A stretch of DNA of 59,451 bases, filler included. It is 4 parts of 4 records of this genome, joined end to end, with 100 filler letters (N's around TTAATTAATTAA, not from the genome) between each part and the next. Parts side by side here need not be neighbours in the genome. Positions count along the whole stretch, not along the records: positions 21,874 to 45,205 come from SRR31156797_5877; positions 45,306 to 59,451 come from SRR31156797_5890; 2 more parts are not named here. One strand, given 5' to 3'. Positions within the stretch are counted from its first letter, which is position 1, and every line of letters begins with the position of its first letter. A program made the translations under genes and the position numbers. The notes beneath the pieces were generated by a model. It did no database searches, was not told the DNA's origin, and saw only the letters and a list, made by a program, of their open reading frames with translations. Positions 39,001 to 47,912 of the stretch are shown here, piece by piece.

Positions 39001-40476
39001 AACAATCAGTAGGTTCGTGCTATCGCCATCAGGATTTGCAGATGCTAATTCTCCAACTTTGTTTTGATTGTCACCATTTTTATTTACTCGGTATGAAACA
39101 GCTAAAATTTCATCTGATCGAAGCTGCATGTTAAGTGATATAAATCCAAGGTCCCGATTTAGCGTATACTCAGAGGTACTTAATTTTCTTGCACTTTCTA
39201 TAACTTCGTAATCTGATCCATTTTCCAGGCTTAATCCTTCCAGATAATTAACAGCTGTGGCTATATCATTGACATTGCCCATTAGGTCATATAAGTTATT
39301 GGCACTGTTTTCTGGAAAACCAGTTTGCGGAGACATCTGGGATACAGTTACTTGTGATTGGAAAACTTCATCATTAAACTCACCAAGGTCAGTAAGCGCC
39401 ACAATATTCCGGGTATTTTCAACTACTGCGTTTTTATTGAGCACCCACACTTCTATTTCTTCGACAAAAACATCTCTGGTAATTTGGGGGTAGTTTTTCA
39501 GAGCGTCTTCATATTTGTCTCTAAAATAGTGAGATAGGAAATAGTGTCTGTTATCATCATATTCATCAGCCTGAACTTCGAATCTTCTTTTTTGAGCACC
39601 ACCTTCAACGGTAATGTTTTTGGCTTCACTTTTTTGTTGTGAAAATATGGTGGTGATATTAAGTTTACCAAACTTAAATTCACTTAATATACCAAAGAGA
39701 TTTTGACTACCCTGAATGAGGGTTCCATTGAGAGGCAGAGATACGTTACCGGCTTCTATTCTTTGAATTATGTCATCCTCATTACCCTGGTAGCGAATAT
39801 TCATTTCATTTTCAAACTCAAAGCTTGCCTCTGTATCGTAGCTTAACTTTAATGTCAGGTTTTCACCAATCTTACCGGTTACATTCATTTGGATGCGTTC
39901 ATCAAAATCGAATGTAAAATCACTACGCAACTCTTCAGCAAGTGTTGGATTATCTTGTTTGGTATACTTTAAACCAAATTTTAAGGTGGCTTGACCTCGT
40001 GGTTTAATGTTAATGGTATTACTTCCGAATATAGTTTCAAAAACTCTGGATCCGATATGTAATTGTGGAATTAAAGCTCTTTGATGCTCGAAGTTTTCTG
40101 AGCGGGCTCGCTGTTTCCAAAAGTCTCTTTTAAATGATTGAAGATCGTAATTAAGATAATCTTCAACGGAAAGGTAGGTTGGTGCTTTGTAATCTCGCTT
40201 GCCAAGTTTGTTTCTGAGAATATATCGATTGTTTTCCGGGTCGTATTCAATTTCTGTTTTTAACAGATCAGGAATATCCATCATAAGTGGCGAAGTAAAC
40301 CTGGTGCTGTCAATTAAAAGATAGCTATCGCTACCAAAATTATAAGGAAGATTAAAACGGTTTTCACTGGTTGAGTCCTCAACCGGAAAAACATTTGTTT
40401 GAGCTATTAATTTATTTGCCGGCCATATACCCAGCCATATCAGCGCCAGCAGAATTACAACACTATATCGTTTCAA
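33058..40476 (-). CDS. sprA: Type IX secretion system translocon SprA/Sov
   Basis: 2472 aa with IEAGNVSLPL, YLDDFEG, INLGNISEDILKDG, FRSIRFIRMY and IWVNELRL; lies downstream of ruvA as is usual in Bacteroidota. Confidence 0.93.
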   Translation of the reverse strand: MKRYSVVILLALIWLGIWPANKLIAQTNVFPVEDSTSENRFNLPYNFGSDSYLLIDSTRFTSPLMMDIPDLLKTEIEYDPENNRYILRNKLGKRDYKAPTYLSVEDYLNYDLQSFKRDFWKQRARSENFEHQRALIPQLHIGSRVFETIFGSNTINIKPRGQATLKFGLKYTKQDNPTLAEELRSDFTFDFDERIQMNVTGKIGENLTLKLSYDTEASFEFENEMNIRYQGNEDDIIQRIEAGNVSLPLNGTLIQGSQNLFGILSEFKFGKLNITTIFSQQKSEAKNITVEGGAQKRRFEVQADEYDDNRHYFLSHYFRDKYEDALKNYPQITRDVFVEEIEVWVLNKNAVVENTRNIVALTDLGEFNDEVFQSQVTVSQMSPQTGFPENSANNLYDLMGNVNDIATAVNYLEGLSLENGSDYEVIESARKLSTSEYTLNRDLGFISLNMQLRSDEILAVSYRVNKNGDNQNKVGELASANPDGDSTNLLIVKLLKPTSFSPRHKSWDLMMKNIYKLDAYSVSREDFMLDVMYNDVAVGTDVFTLPTDNEYVEGVTLLKLMNLDRMNAQGNFAPNGDGIFDFEEGITINASRGYVIFPVLEPFGSHLEKVFTNNNPNNEEYLSQADQFTYNVLYDSTKTFAEQITEKNKFSIQGTYKSSTGSEIPLNAINIPKGSVKVTAGGMELTENVHYKVDYYLGRVKILDQGLLSSGTPINISLESNTLFSIQSKTLLGATMEYRVNEDLMFGGSILNLTERPLTQKVNVGSEPISNTIMGVNVNYEKEVPLLTKLVDKLPFIETKAPSKIIASAEFAYLKPGHNKAIKHTGEAYLDDFEGATADITLKEPYYWFLASTPKRFIEDYEASGADIYNYNRNRAQLSWYFIDPLYYEGNSPVSDNGISSLNTFQVKENQIFPNRDPEQGVYNALSVFNLSFFPSERGPYNYDKRVSSTDSLLFTDERWAGIQRNVSTSDFEESNIEFIEFWMMDPYAQDELDGIVRNDPNPALYINLGNISEDILKDGRRSVENAIPKDGSTVNMDSTAWGYVSNKQTITTGFEDDGRDQQDVGYDGLTNEREVQFFINNNVFDDTFLGNLTETARNELLADPSQDDFLYHKEGFFDGNSFYKNNLINRYRYFTNPHGNTPSSNASEVRMQTSIPNNEDINDDNTLNQIDAYYEYKVDLSKENLDEMKKYIVDENEIEVDMPNGDSKTVTWYQFKIPIEEPDLVVGNISDFRSIRFIRMYMTGFTRDVTLRFAELNFIRGEWRKYDYVLEEGGEVVDDDIDLSNTQFEVSTVNIEENGQRSPVNYVMPPDVDRVIDPSNSQLRQLNEQSISMRVRDLPDGFAKAIYKNIRFDMRQYKRLKMFIHAEKLEDYDLNDDDLTVFVRLGTDIRENYYEYEIPVKVTPPGSYSNNSGDRKMVWPSENELNIPLSLFTDTKLERNQLLGDQESGVSLLTEYQVMDGSNKVKVRGNPSLSDVVTFTIGVRNPRDDRQEQSGEIWVNELRLTEFDQEGGWAANARITAQLADLGSVTVAGATSKPGFGGLEEKLNERQLDEIYQYDINTSLQLGQFFPQESGIKIPMYFGYAETFINPEYNPLDQDIKMEDALKVLSGDEQEELLRVAREYNMRKSLNFTGVRFGKAGEKPRFYDVSNWTFSYAFTQVYDRNINLRYHNQKRHTGSVNYVFNNRVKPWEPLKNIKLSAKYFGLIKDFNLNYAPSQYSFSTVVTRKYNKMKRRNLNIPDQIFLPTYDKDFRWDRNYGLVYNLSKSIKLSYNAKVTAQIDEPAGVVERGKDNYTNAKDSIITSIKQLGRMTDYNQTFDATWQVPINKIPGLKWMNATAGYNGLFNWRRAPILSDSALNPGNDLSNSNRYNAALNLSFDRLFKNVEYIDQIHKKFKKPLPTRFKEKIKFEVTYTKEKIDLKAGEEKKVYHKLGTEKIKVLIAGPDKKEIKVPFEIVDEKRILLKPDQDLEGVSLTITGEKERSQSPFQIATEYLVRITTGLKSVRFNYTQNNGSIASGFKYAPTSMGMNFNDGEQKPGWEYVFGLSDIDFMERVIENGWLSEDLDNSIIQPYTMTFQENLTINGTFEPLNGLEIKLKSQFARSRNTDRYYLAYGDNTISTSRFDNPTSKSTTGNWSMSVWTFSSTFDKIDDRTYENNVYREFINNRLVIAKRLEQQRIDALGNYAGQSGINGFPDGYPAFSQEVTVPAFISAYVDGPSANNVVLKAAKPIMSLLRPDWRVEYDGFMQFGWFKRKFRNFKVLHSYKGVFTMGGFSNNPDWIRDISAEEAFSSIRNADSTMFAARYNINQITISEDFMPFFEVNMTWKSNITTRVAFNKSRTISLNTSDNNLAESRRTELVLGSGYRFDNLTLVFRTRGGGQRKFDSPVELRADFSVKDDVKYVHKPDDGFTELVSGTLVYKLGFTADYRFSKNLELRAFLDYTLKDPKIQTTFKTTEINFGFSFTFKLVDAG

Positions 40477-40499
40477 AATCTTTCCTTAATTTATTGTTT

Positions 40500-41081
40500 C
40501 TATAACTTCTTCAACGCTTGCTTGATAATATCTTCAACGGATAATCCAGGATCGTTTTTTAATAGTTGACCCATAACTTTCTCCACTGGTTTTTTGGCAA
40601 AACCAAGCATCATCAATGCAGATAACGCTTCTTCGTTTGTTGTATTGCCCTGATGAGTGAATATTTCACCCGAATCTTCACCAACTTTTACTTTATCCTT
40701 TAAATCAACTACAATTCTTTCTGCAGAGCGCTGCCCAATACCTTTTATACTTTTTAATGCAGCAACTTCTTCATTTACAATTGCACTGATAAGTTGGTTA
40801 GGAGGCATGGATGATAGCATCATGCGCGCTGTATTTGCTCCAACGCCTGAAACACTAATCAATTGGCGAAATAGTGTCCGCTCATCTTCTGACGAAAACC
40901 CAAAAAGCTGTTGGTTATCTTCTCTATAAATGGCATGAACTAATAATTCCTTCTCTTCTGATTCTTTTAAATCACTATAAGTGGTCAAAGAAATATTGAG
41001 TAAATATCCGACTCCATTGACATCAATAACACAGTGAGCGGGAGAAAGCCTTGTAATTAAGCCTCTTATATATTCAAACAT
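40500..41081 (-). CDS. ruvA: Holliday junction branch migration protein RuvA
   Basis: MFEYIRG, VNGVGY, LISVSGVG, IKGIGQRSAERI and EALSALMMLGF; start corrected to ATG at 41081; TAGTTTTG -7 element at 41109-41116 (minus strand). Confidence 0.95.
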   Translation of the reverse strand: MFEYIRGLITRLSPAHCVIDVNGVGYLLNISLTTYSDLKESEEKELLVHAIYREDNQQLFGFSSEDERTLFRQLISVSGVGANTARMMLSSMPPNQLISAIVNEEVAALKSIKGIGQRSAERIVVDLKDKVKVGEDSGEIFTHQGNTTNEEALSALMMLGFAKKPVEKVMGQLLKNDPGLSVEDIIKQALKKL

Positions 41082-41288
41082 ACCAAATTGATTAGTTAAA
41101 CAAGAGGGCAAAACTACTAAAAATCGGAGAATATGAAAAGGTTTTGTAGGATATAAACAAGTCAAAATCAACAGATGTTTTTTCAAGTGGGAAGATGCAT
41201 ATTATCAATTGCTTTAAACAATTAATGGAAGTATCTTTGTAATTATAATATGATTTTACGTAAGTTCGTCATAGAAAAGTATTGAAGG

Positions 41289-41969
41289 ATGCGGAAGTTT
41301 TTCATCATAATTATTTTAGGAGTTACAGTTGGATCATTATATGGTCAGGTAGAGGTTACGCGGTATTTCGATAAAGATCAATTAGGAATAGAGCTTCTGT
41401 CGCTCCAATGGATGGATGCACCAGAAAATGTTGAAATCAGCCCGTTTTCGAATGCTTTCAATTTACAGTATATGATCACTTTTGTGGGAAAGAATTCTAA
41501 TATTGCTCTTGCAATTGGTGCTGGATTATTAACTGAAAACTACCATTTGGATGCCATACCCATAAAGGGTGTAGATGAACTTAGGCTGGTAGCAATTAAT
41601 GAAGATATAAATTATACCCGGAATAAAATAAGGTTTTTGACCGTTGATATGCCACTTGAGCTAAGGATTAGGAGTAACAAAAACAGTCGAAACAAACACT
41701 GGAAATTGTATTTAGGAGGAAAAGTGGGTTATACATTTCAAAGCATGCATAAATATGTGGGTGAAAATCCGGTGTTACCAGAGGATAATTTGAAACAGAA
41801 AACTTATAACCTTCGCTATATGGAACCATTGAGCTATGGTGTTTCGGCTAAGATAGGTTACGGACAGTTTTTTATATCAGGTTATTATAACTTTACAAAT
41901 CATTTTCAGAAAGATAAAGGCCCTGAACTTGTTCCTTTTATGGTGGGAATAACGTTGTTTTTGTATTAA
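41289..41969 (+). CDS. Outer membrane beta-barrel protein (PorT/porin-like)
   Basis: Signal peptide, MPLELRIRS, alternating beta strands and aromatic C-terminus; TATCTTTG -7 element at 41232-41239. Confidence 0.7.
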   Translation: MRKFFIIIILGVTVGSLYGQVEVTRYFDKDQLGIELLSLQWMDAPENVEISPFSNAFNLQYMITFVGKNSNIALAIGAGLLTENYHLDAIPIKGVDELRLVAINEDINYTRNKIRFLTVDMPLELRIRSNKNSRNKHWKLYLGGKVGYTFQSMHKYVGENPVLPEDNLKQKTYNLRYMEPLSYGVSAKIGYGQFFISGYYNFTNHFQKDKGPELVPFMVGITLFLY

Positions 41970-42052
41970 TGTATGGCTCGGCCATTTCGATTCGCATACT
42001 CCAACCCACAAGTAACTCAATGGCCTATAGTTCCTTCAAATTTTATAATTGT

Positions 42053-42523
42053 TTATTTTTTCCGGCTGTTGTTTTTTAGCTGACTTTCATAGAGATTTAT
42101 ATATTCATCAACAGTCATTTTTGAGGCTAATTGTCCAATTAGTTCAAAAGGGATGTGTTCCGGTTTTTTGAAACGAACGCAGCTTTTCCCCATATCCAAC
42201 TTCCGGGTCGCATATTTTGGATAATCAGTAGTAAACCATTTCAAAAGCGGTTCATCGGTAAATAGACCCATATGGTAAACAGCGATATGGTTTTTTTGTG
42301 AAGCGACATTGATAAACGGCAACGGAATTTCAGGGTTTACATGATATCCTTTGGGATAAATGGAATGGGGCACCACGTAACCAATCATACCGTAGTTCAT
42401 TTCTTCCACAAAACCTTCAGGTAAATTTTCTTTGATTAGAGTACGAAGCTTTTGGACGGCTTCTTTTCTTTCTTCTGGTAATTCGTTGATATATTGATCA
42501 ACTGTTTCAGCGTTACTTTGCAT
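42053..42523 (-). CDS. DUF1801 (YdhG-like) protein
   Basis: TVDQYINELPEERK, YGMIGYVVP, ASQKNHIAVY and LDMGKSCVRFK. Confidence 0.88.
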   Translation of the reverse strand: MQSNAETVDQYINELPEERKEAVQKLRTLIKENLPEGFVEEMNYGMIGYVVPHSIYPKGYHVNPEIPLPFINVASQKNHIAVYHMGLFTDEPLLKWFTTDYPKYATRKLDMGKSCVRFKKPEHIPFELIGQLASKMTVDEYINLYESQLKNNSRKK

Positions 42524-42770
42524 GCTTTTTTATTTTTCAAACAAATAAGCAGTCAATTAGGTTGAAATTTTTAGAGAACGATTTTGCTGTTTGGCTGATA
42601 TGTAAATCGAAGAAACTTAAATCCTCGCTCTAAAATGTATATGTTTTAATTGAACGCGGATTTAACTGATTACTTTTATTATCAAGATTACGTTAAGACA
42701 TTAATTTGAATTTGTTTTCAACCTGTTGTTTGCTTAATATCAAATAGATATGCGGATCATCACAGATTAA

Positions 42771-43463
42771 TTATTTCACTGAGAAAAGGTATCCTTTGCC
42801 CTTAAGGGTAACAATTTCAATATTTTCATCGGTAGCAAAATGTTCCCTGAGTTTACGAATATATACATCCAGATTTCGGGAGTTAAAATAGGAATCATCA
42901 CCCCAAATAGCATTAAGCATGGCTTTGCGATCAAGGGTTTGGTTTTGGTTATCAATTAGCATATTTAACACTTCATGCTCCCTCTGTGATAACCGAACCT
43001 GAACATCAGGTCCTTTCAATTCATACTGATGACGATGATATTGAAAATTTCCAAATTGTATTATTACCGAATGATTTGGCTTTTGCTGATTACTTGAACC
43101 CGCTATCTGGAATTGATTGTGAATTCTGGCAATTAATTCTTCAATGCTAAATGGTTTACGGATATAATCTGTGCCTCCGGATTCAAATCCTTTAATAACA
43201 TCTTTCGTTTCTGTTTTGGCTGTTAAAAAAACAATGGGCATTGAAGGATAACGCTTTCGAATCATTTGTCCAAGCGTGTATCCATCCACATTGGGCAACA
43301 TAATATCTACAATGCAAATGTCTGGAATAAAATCATTGAAAGCTTGCATTACGCGGGCACCATCGGCAACAAGCCTAGTTTCAAAGCCCTCTTTTTCAAG
43401 GGTTTCGTGTACGATTTTACCTAAGAAGGGCTCGTCTTCAATATATAAAACCTTTTTCTTCAT
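42771..43463 (-). CDS. OmpR-family response regulator
   Basis: IEDE, DIMLP, FLTAK and KPF receiver motifs; wHTH RNLDVYIRKLR...GKGY. Confidence 0.93.
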   Translation of the reverse strand: MKKKVLYIEDEPFLGKIVHETLEKEGFETRLVADGARVMQAFNDFIPDICIVDIMLPNVDGYTLGQMIRKRYPSMPIVFLTAKTETKDVIKGFESGGTDYIRKPFSIEELIARIHNQFQIAGSSNQQKPNHSVIIQFGNFQYHRHQYELKGPDVQVRLSQREHEVLNMLIDNQNQTLDRKAMLNAIWGDDSYFNSRNLDVYIRKLREHFATDENIEIVTLKGKGYLFSVK

Positions 43464-45009
43464 TTGATTTAGCCTTAGGGATTTTTATTGTAAATGTGCA
43501 CCCTTCAGTTTTATTATTCTTCACTGATATTTTTCCATCATGTTGAGATATGATAGTTGATACATAATTTAGCCCTAGTCCATGACCTTTTACATTATGT
43601 GTATCTCCGGATGGCACTCTGAACAGTTTTTCAAATATTTTATCGATGTATTCTTCAGGAATACCCGGACCGTTATCAACTACCTTGATTATTTGATAAT
43701 GCTCTTCATTATTAAACCTAATTTCAACAACAGGATTAGACTTACTATATTTTAAACTATTATCAATAAGGTTATAAAGCACCCCTTTCATATGCATTTT
43801 ATCAGCACTAATCATTACAGGTTCGTTAGGTGGAATAATGGATATCCGGGCTTGCTTATTTTCTATAACTGATTTTAGAGAAACTATTACATCATGAGTG
43901 ATTTGTAGCACATTGATTGACTCTTTTCGAATAACAGTTTCTTGTTTATTTTCAATTGATGAAACCATAACGTTACTGATTAAGCTTTCCAGTCTTTCCA
44001 ATTCTTGGCTTGCCATACCAATATATTCTTCAGTTTTAGCCGGGTCTTTTGTTAGTTTATATTTTTGAATGGCTTCTAAAGCAACTTTTACTGTAGAAAC
44101 AGGGGTTTTTAGCTCATGTGAAATGTTTGCCACAAAATCGTTTCGCATTTCATTAAGCTGAAATTGCTTTTTGAGCGTTCTGAAAGTAAATGAAAATGCA
44201 ATTCCAACTATTGATAATAAGAAAACTGAAAATAGGATGTTTGGTGCCAATTTTTTCCAATAATAATAACCGGTATTTTTTACTTCAACAAAAATATGAT
44301 CTGCACCATAATCAGATTGAAAAAGTAATGCTGCTGTATCTCCCAGACTATCAATAGAAATATCACTTACCCAAACAGAAACTAATTTGTTATCATCAAG
44401 TTTTTGCTGAAAATCACGGATAAAAACGGTACTGTCAAAAGCATCATCGAAAGAAAACTTAAGATTATTGTTTAATCTGATACTATCCTTATTGTTTTCC
44501 AGCATCATTTTTAAACTTTGTAGCATCATTTTCTTTTGGTATTTACCTTTAGGAGCTCCAATTTGTATAAAAGTCTGTTTCGTTTTCTTAATTTGAGTCC
44601 CACTATCTTTTTCGTCATCAATAACTTTTATCTCAATTAGGTCTTCTACTCCATTATTCCTTATGTGCAGTGGTTTACCGCTTCCCATTATTACATGGGG
44701 ACCCTCAGGAATAGTGTCAATTTCAATGGTATATTTATTTATACTTTTGACGTTTGCAACTAATGAATCAAATCTCTTGTATTCTGCTTTCATTTCTATC
44801 AAAAAGGGCTCTACAATATTTACTGTGGCGAGAGAATCAAAAACCTGATTCTGAGTTAGCTCAAATTCTAGCGACAATGATTTACGTAATGATTTTTGCT
44901 CCTGAAGAAATCTTTCATTTAACCATTTTCCCACAAACAACGCCAATACAATCATGCTCACAACCATGAGTACTCTTATTTGTGTCAACTTTCTTTTTGG
45001 CGACTTCAT
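43438..45009 (-). CDS. Sensor histidine kinase
   Basis: Two TMs, H-box ISHELKTP, NLIDNSLKY, DNGPGI and GHGLGL; overlaps the regulator start. Confidence 0.93.
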   Translation of the reverse strand: MKSPKRKLTQIRVLMVVSMIVLALFVGKWLNERFLQEQKSLRKSLSLEFELTQNQVFDSLATVNIVEPFLIEMKAEYKRFDSLVANVKSINKYTIEIDTIPEGPHVIMGSGKPLHIRNNGVEDLIEIKVIDDEKDSGTQIKKTKQTFIQIGAPKGKYQKKMMLQSLKMMLENNKDSIRLNNNLKFSFDDAFDSTVFIRDFQQKLDDNKLVSVWVSDISIDSLGDTAALLFQSDYGADHIFVEVKNTGYYYWKKLAPNILFSVFLLSIVGIAFSFTFRTLKKQFQLNEMRNDFVANISHELKTPVSTVKVALEAIQKYKLTKDPAKTEEYIGMASQELERLESLISNVMVSSIENKQETVIRKESINVLQITHDVIVSLKSVIENKQARISIIPPNEPVMISADKMHMKGVLYNLIDNSLKYSKSNPVVEIRFNNEEHYQIIKVVDNGPGIPEEYIDKIFEKLFRVPSGDTHNVKGHGLGLNYVSTIISQHDGKISVKNNKTEGCTFTIKIPKAKSNEEKGFIY

Positions 45010-45205
45010 ATTTAATGTTTTAAATCAGTAATAACTATAGTCGGTAATTAACAAATTTGTATAAAGGTGTTTTGAACATTAATTCTTTCATCCTTTTCTG
45101 CCAGCTGTCGGAAGCAAATTGATTTGAGAGTTATTTAATAACTATCGAATTATTTATCCCAAGCTAGAAGACTTGGTCTCTGATAAAGAAAGCTTCATTT
45201 TTGAG

Positions 45206-45305
45206 NNNNNNNNNNNNNNNNNNNNNNNNNNNNNNNNNNNNNNNNNNNNTTAATTAATTAANNNNNNNNNNNNNNNNNNNNNNNNNNNNNNNNNNNNNNN
45301 NNNNN
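45206..45305. other. Artificial contig linker
   Basis: 44 N + TTAATTAATTAA + 44 N. Confidence 0.98.
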
Positions 45306-45590
45306 CGCAGGCAAAAAACGCCAAAAGCCTTTTCTACGGCCCTGGATGAGGCCAGTATTTTCAGTGTGGCACCGGGGCAGTGGACCGTTTACGCCATTGT
45401 GATTTCAACTATTATTTTTGCTGCAGGCCATGTGGTTGCCGAATGGCCCGCTGCCATTGCCTACGGCCTACTCATGGCTTTTTTGTGGATATTGAGAAAG
45501 GATTTGATTTCCTGCATTGTTGCCCACGGGGTAACCAATATCGGATTGGCCCTTTATGTCTATTACTTCGGGCATTGGGAGTTATGGTAA
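45306..45590 (+). CDS. CPBP/CAAX protease-like protein (PEP-CTERM-system associated), 5'-truncated
   Basis: Frame open from the contig start; FAAGH and IVAHGVTN motifs. Confidence 0.8.
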   Translation, partial: RRQKTPKAFSTALDEASIFSVAPGQWTVYAIVISTIIFAAGHVVAEWPAAIAYGLLMAFLWILRKDLISCIVAHGVTNIGLALYVYYFGHWELW

Positions 45591-45648
45591 AACCGAGGAT
45601 TGCGATCAACAGATATTAAACAACATATTAAACAGTAGGTATATACAT

Positions 45649-46686
45649 ATGCGTTTCACATTAATTGAGCAGAATTTAAAAAAAAATCCAAGATCCTGGC
45701 TGATCACTGGATGCGCCGGGTTCATTGGCTCCAATCTTCTGGAAACTCTGCTTAATCTCGGGCAAATAGTGACCGGCCTGGATAATTTCTCCACAGGATT
45801 TCAGCATAATCTGGATCAGGTCAAAGAGGCTGTAGATCCTGAGACATGGCAGAAATTTTCTTTTATTGAAGGGGATATCACCAATGCCGATACCTGTGCG
45901 GCCGTTTGCAAAGGACAGGATTATGTGCTTCACCAGGCGGCTTTGGGTTCTGTTCCCCGATCAGTTGCCGATCCTTTGACCACCAATGAAAATAATATTA
46001 CAGGCTTTTTAAATATGCTGACCGCAGCCCGGGACGCGGACGTAAAACGATTCGTATATGCTGCATCAAGTTCCACCTATGGGGATCATCCAACACTTCC
46101 TAAAAAAGAGGATAATATCGGTAATCCTCTTTCCCCCTATGCCGTGACAAAACTGGTTAACGAACTGTACGCCCGGGTGTTTGCTTCCACCTACGGGTTT
46201 AAAAGCATCGGATTGCGATATTTTAATGTATTCGGCCGCCGCCAGGACCCTAACGGGGCCTATGCCGCAGTAATTCCTTTATGGTTTGGTGCATTGATCC
46301 GTAAAAGCACGGTTTATATAAATGGGGACGGTGAAACCAGCCGGGATTTCTGTTTCATTGATAATTGTGTTCAGGCCAATCTTTTGGCTGCAACAGCCGG
46401 GGATGACGCCGCAGGCCAGGTATATAATGTTGCATTTGGGCAGCGCACCACGCTAAATCAGCTGTTTTCATTGATCCGTGACCGGGTGGCCGGGGCACTG
46501 CCGGATCGCGCCGGCGCAAATCCGGAATACAGGGATTTCAGGCCGGGAGATGTTCGCCATTCCCTGGCAGATATATCCAAGGCACGGAATCTTTTGGGAT
46601 ACAGCCCGCAGTACTCGGTGCAGGATGGCCTTGATGGGGCAGCCCTCTGGTACATGAACTATTTGAATAAACCAGGAAAAGCATAA
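45649..46686 (+). CDS. UDP-GlcNAc(A) 4-epimerase, WbpP/TviC-like extended SDR
   Basis: [33 protein letters not shown] and [16 protein letters not shown] at 45649 preferred. Confidence 0.9.
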   Translation: MRFTLIEQNLKKNPRSWLITGCAGFIGSNLLETLLNLGQIVTGLDNFSTGFQHNLDQVKEAVDPETWQKFSFIEGDITNADTCAAVCKGQDYVLHQAALGSVPRSVADPLTTNENNITGFLNMLTAARDADVKRFVYAASSSTYGDHPTLPKKEDNIGNPLSPYAVTKLVNELYARVFASTYGFKSIGLRYFNVFGRRQDPNGAYAAVIPLWFGALIRKSTVYINGDGETSRDFCFIDNCVQANLLAATAGDDAAGQVYNVAFGQRTTLNQLFSLIRDRVAGALPDRAGANPEYRDFRPGDVRHSLADISKARNLLGYSPQYSVQDGLDGAALWYMNYLNKPGKA

Positions 46687-47912
46687 TGCGTTTTTCTATT
46701 GGCATTTTTGCAGCTTTACTTTCTTTATTCAGCTTTTCCATCATGCCGTCCTTGGCTTTGTCTCCGGATGAAGTGCTTGTTATTGCCAACCGCAATGCCG
46801 CTAAAAGCCAGGGCCTTGCCGCCTGGTACATGGAGAAACGGCAAATCCCCAAGGAGAATCTGCTGCTGGTATTTATCACAGACAAGGAAACCTGTTCACG
46901 TGACGCTTATTTGAAAAAAATCGTTCCACCGGTCCGCCGTGCCTTAAAAAAGAATCGGAAGATTAACGCCATTGTCACTATGTATGGGCTTCCGCTAAGA
47001 ATTTCTTCGCCAGGAATTACAAAAGAGGACCAGGCGCAAATGGACCGATTAACAGCAAAAAAGGAAACGCTGAATGCCCTGAAAAAAAAAAACGGGCAGT
47101 TGACCAAAGAACAAAAAAAAGTGCTAAGTCAGGTAAATAAAACAATTAAACAGTTCAAGGCTTCCACGGACAAAGTGGCGTCCTTTGATTCTGAATTGAT
47201 GCTTGTCAAAAAAGATGAATACACGCTTAATTTCTGGCTGCCCAATCCTTTTTTCCTGCCATGGCGCTCCCAGAATAACACAATTGACAAGTCTGACGTG
47301 ATCATGGTCAGCCGTCTGGACGGGGCTGACGAAAGCACTGTCAAACGAATCGTAAATGACAGCATTGAAGCTGAAACAAATGGCTTGTCCGGTACGGCCT
47401 ACTTTGATGCCAGATGGAAAGATCCTGGTCAAAAAAAAGTTTCCGGATATGGACGTTATGATAAATCCATCCATAATGCGGCGGGCAGTCTGAAAAAAGA
47501 GGGGTTGAAGGTAATCCTGGATGACAAGCAGAATTTGTTTCAGCCCGGGGACTGCCCCAATGCGTCTCTTTATTGCGGGTGGTACAGCCTGGCCAACTAT
47601 GTGGATGCCTTTACCTGGGAAAAAGGGGCGGTTGGGTACCATATCGCAAGCTCGGAATGCACGACTCTAAAACGCAAAAACAGCAATGTTTGGTGCAAAA
47701 AAATGTTGGATAACGGTATTGCCGCCACCGTCGGCCCTGTGGGAGAGCCTTATGTCCAGTCTTTCCCTATGCCGGAAATATTTTTTGATTTTCTCACCAA
47801 GGGCAAATTGACCCTGGTCGAATGCTATCTGGTCAGCCTGCCGTATCTGTCCTGGAAACAGGTGCTTGTGGGGGACCCTTTGTATCGGGTCAAAATAAAC
47901 AATCCATCATAA
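46686..47912 (+). CDS. TIGR03790-like exported protein of PEP-CTERM loci
   Basis: Signal peptide, ALSPDEVLVIAN, DSEL, VSRLDG, YCGWY, GYHIAS, GPVGEPY and VGDPLY. Confidence 0.8.
   Translation: MRFSIGIFAALLSLFSFSIMPSLALSPDEVLVIANRNAAKSQGLAAWYMEKRQIPKENLLLVFITDKETCSRDAYLKKIVPPVRRALKKNRKINAIVTMYGLPLRISSPGITKEDQAQMDRLTAKKETLNALKKKNGQLTKEQKKVLSQVNKTIKQFKASTDKVASFDSELMLVKKDEYTLNFWLPNPFFLPWRSQNNTIDKSDVIMVSRLDGADESTVKRIVNDSIEAETNGLSGTAYFDARWKDPGQKKVSGYGRYDKSIHNAAGSLKKEGLKVILDDKQNLFQPGDCPNASLYCGWYSLANYVDAFTWEKGAVGYHIASSECTTLKRKNSNVWCKKMLDNGIAATVGPVGEPYVQSFPMPEIFFDFLTKGKLTLVECYLVSLPYLSWKQVLVGDPLYRVKINNPS

Noticed and set aside
41082-41186. N-terminal extension of RuvA in the ORF track
   Set aside because: It overlaps the -7 promoter element, and MFEYIRG at 41081 is the canonical start. 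Similar over-extended starts were trimmed for several other genes.
41980-42025. GGCCATT...AATGGCC inverted repeat
   Set aside because: Short arms with a long loop; at most a decayed REP-like unit.
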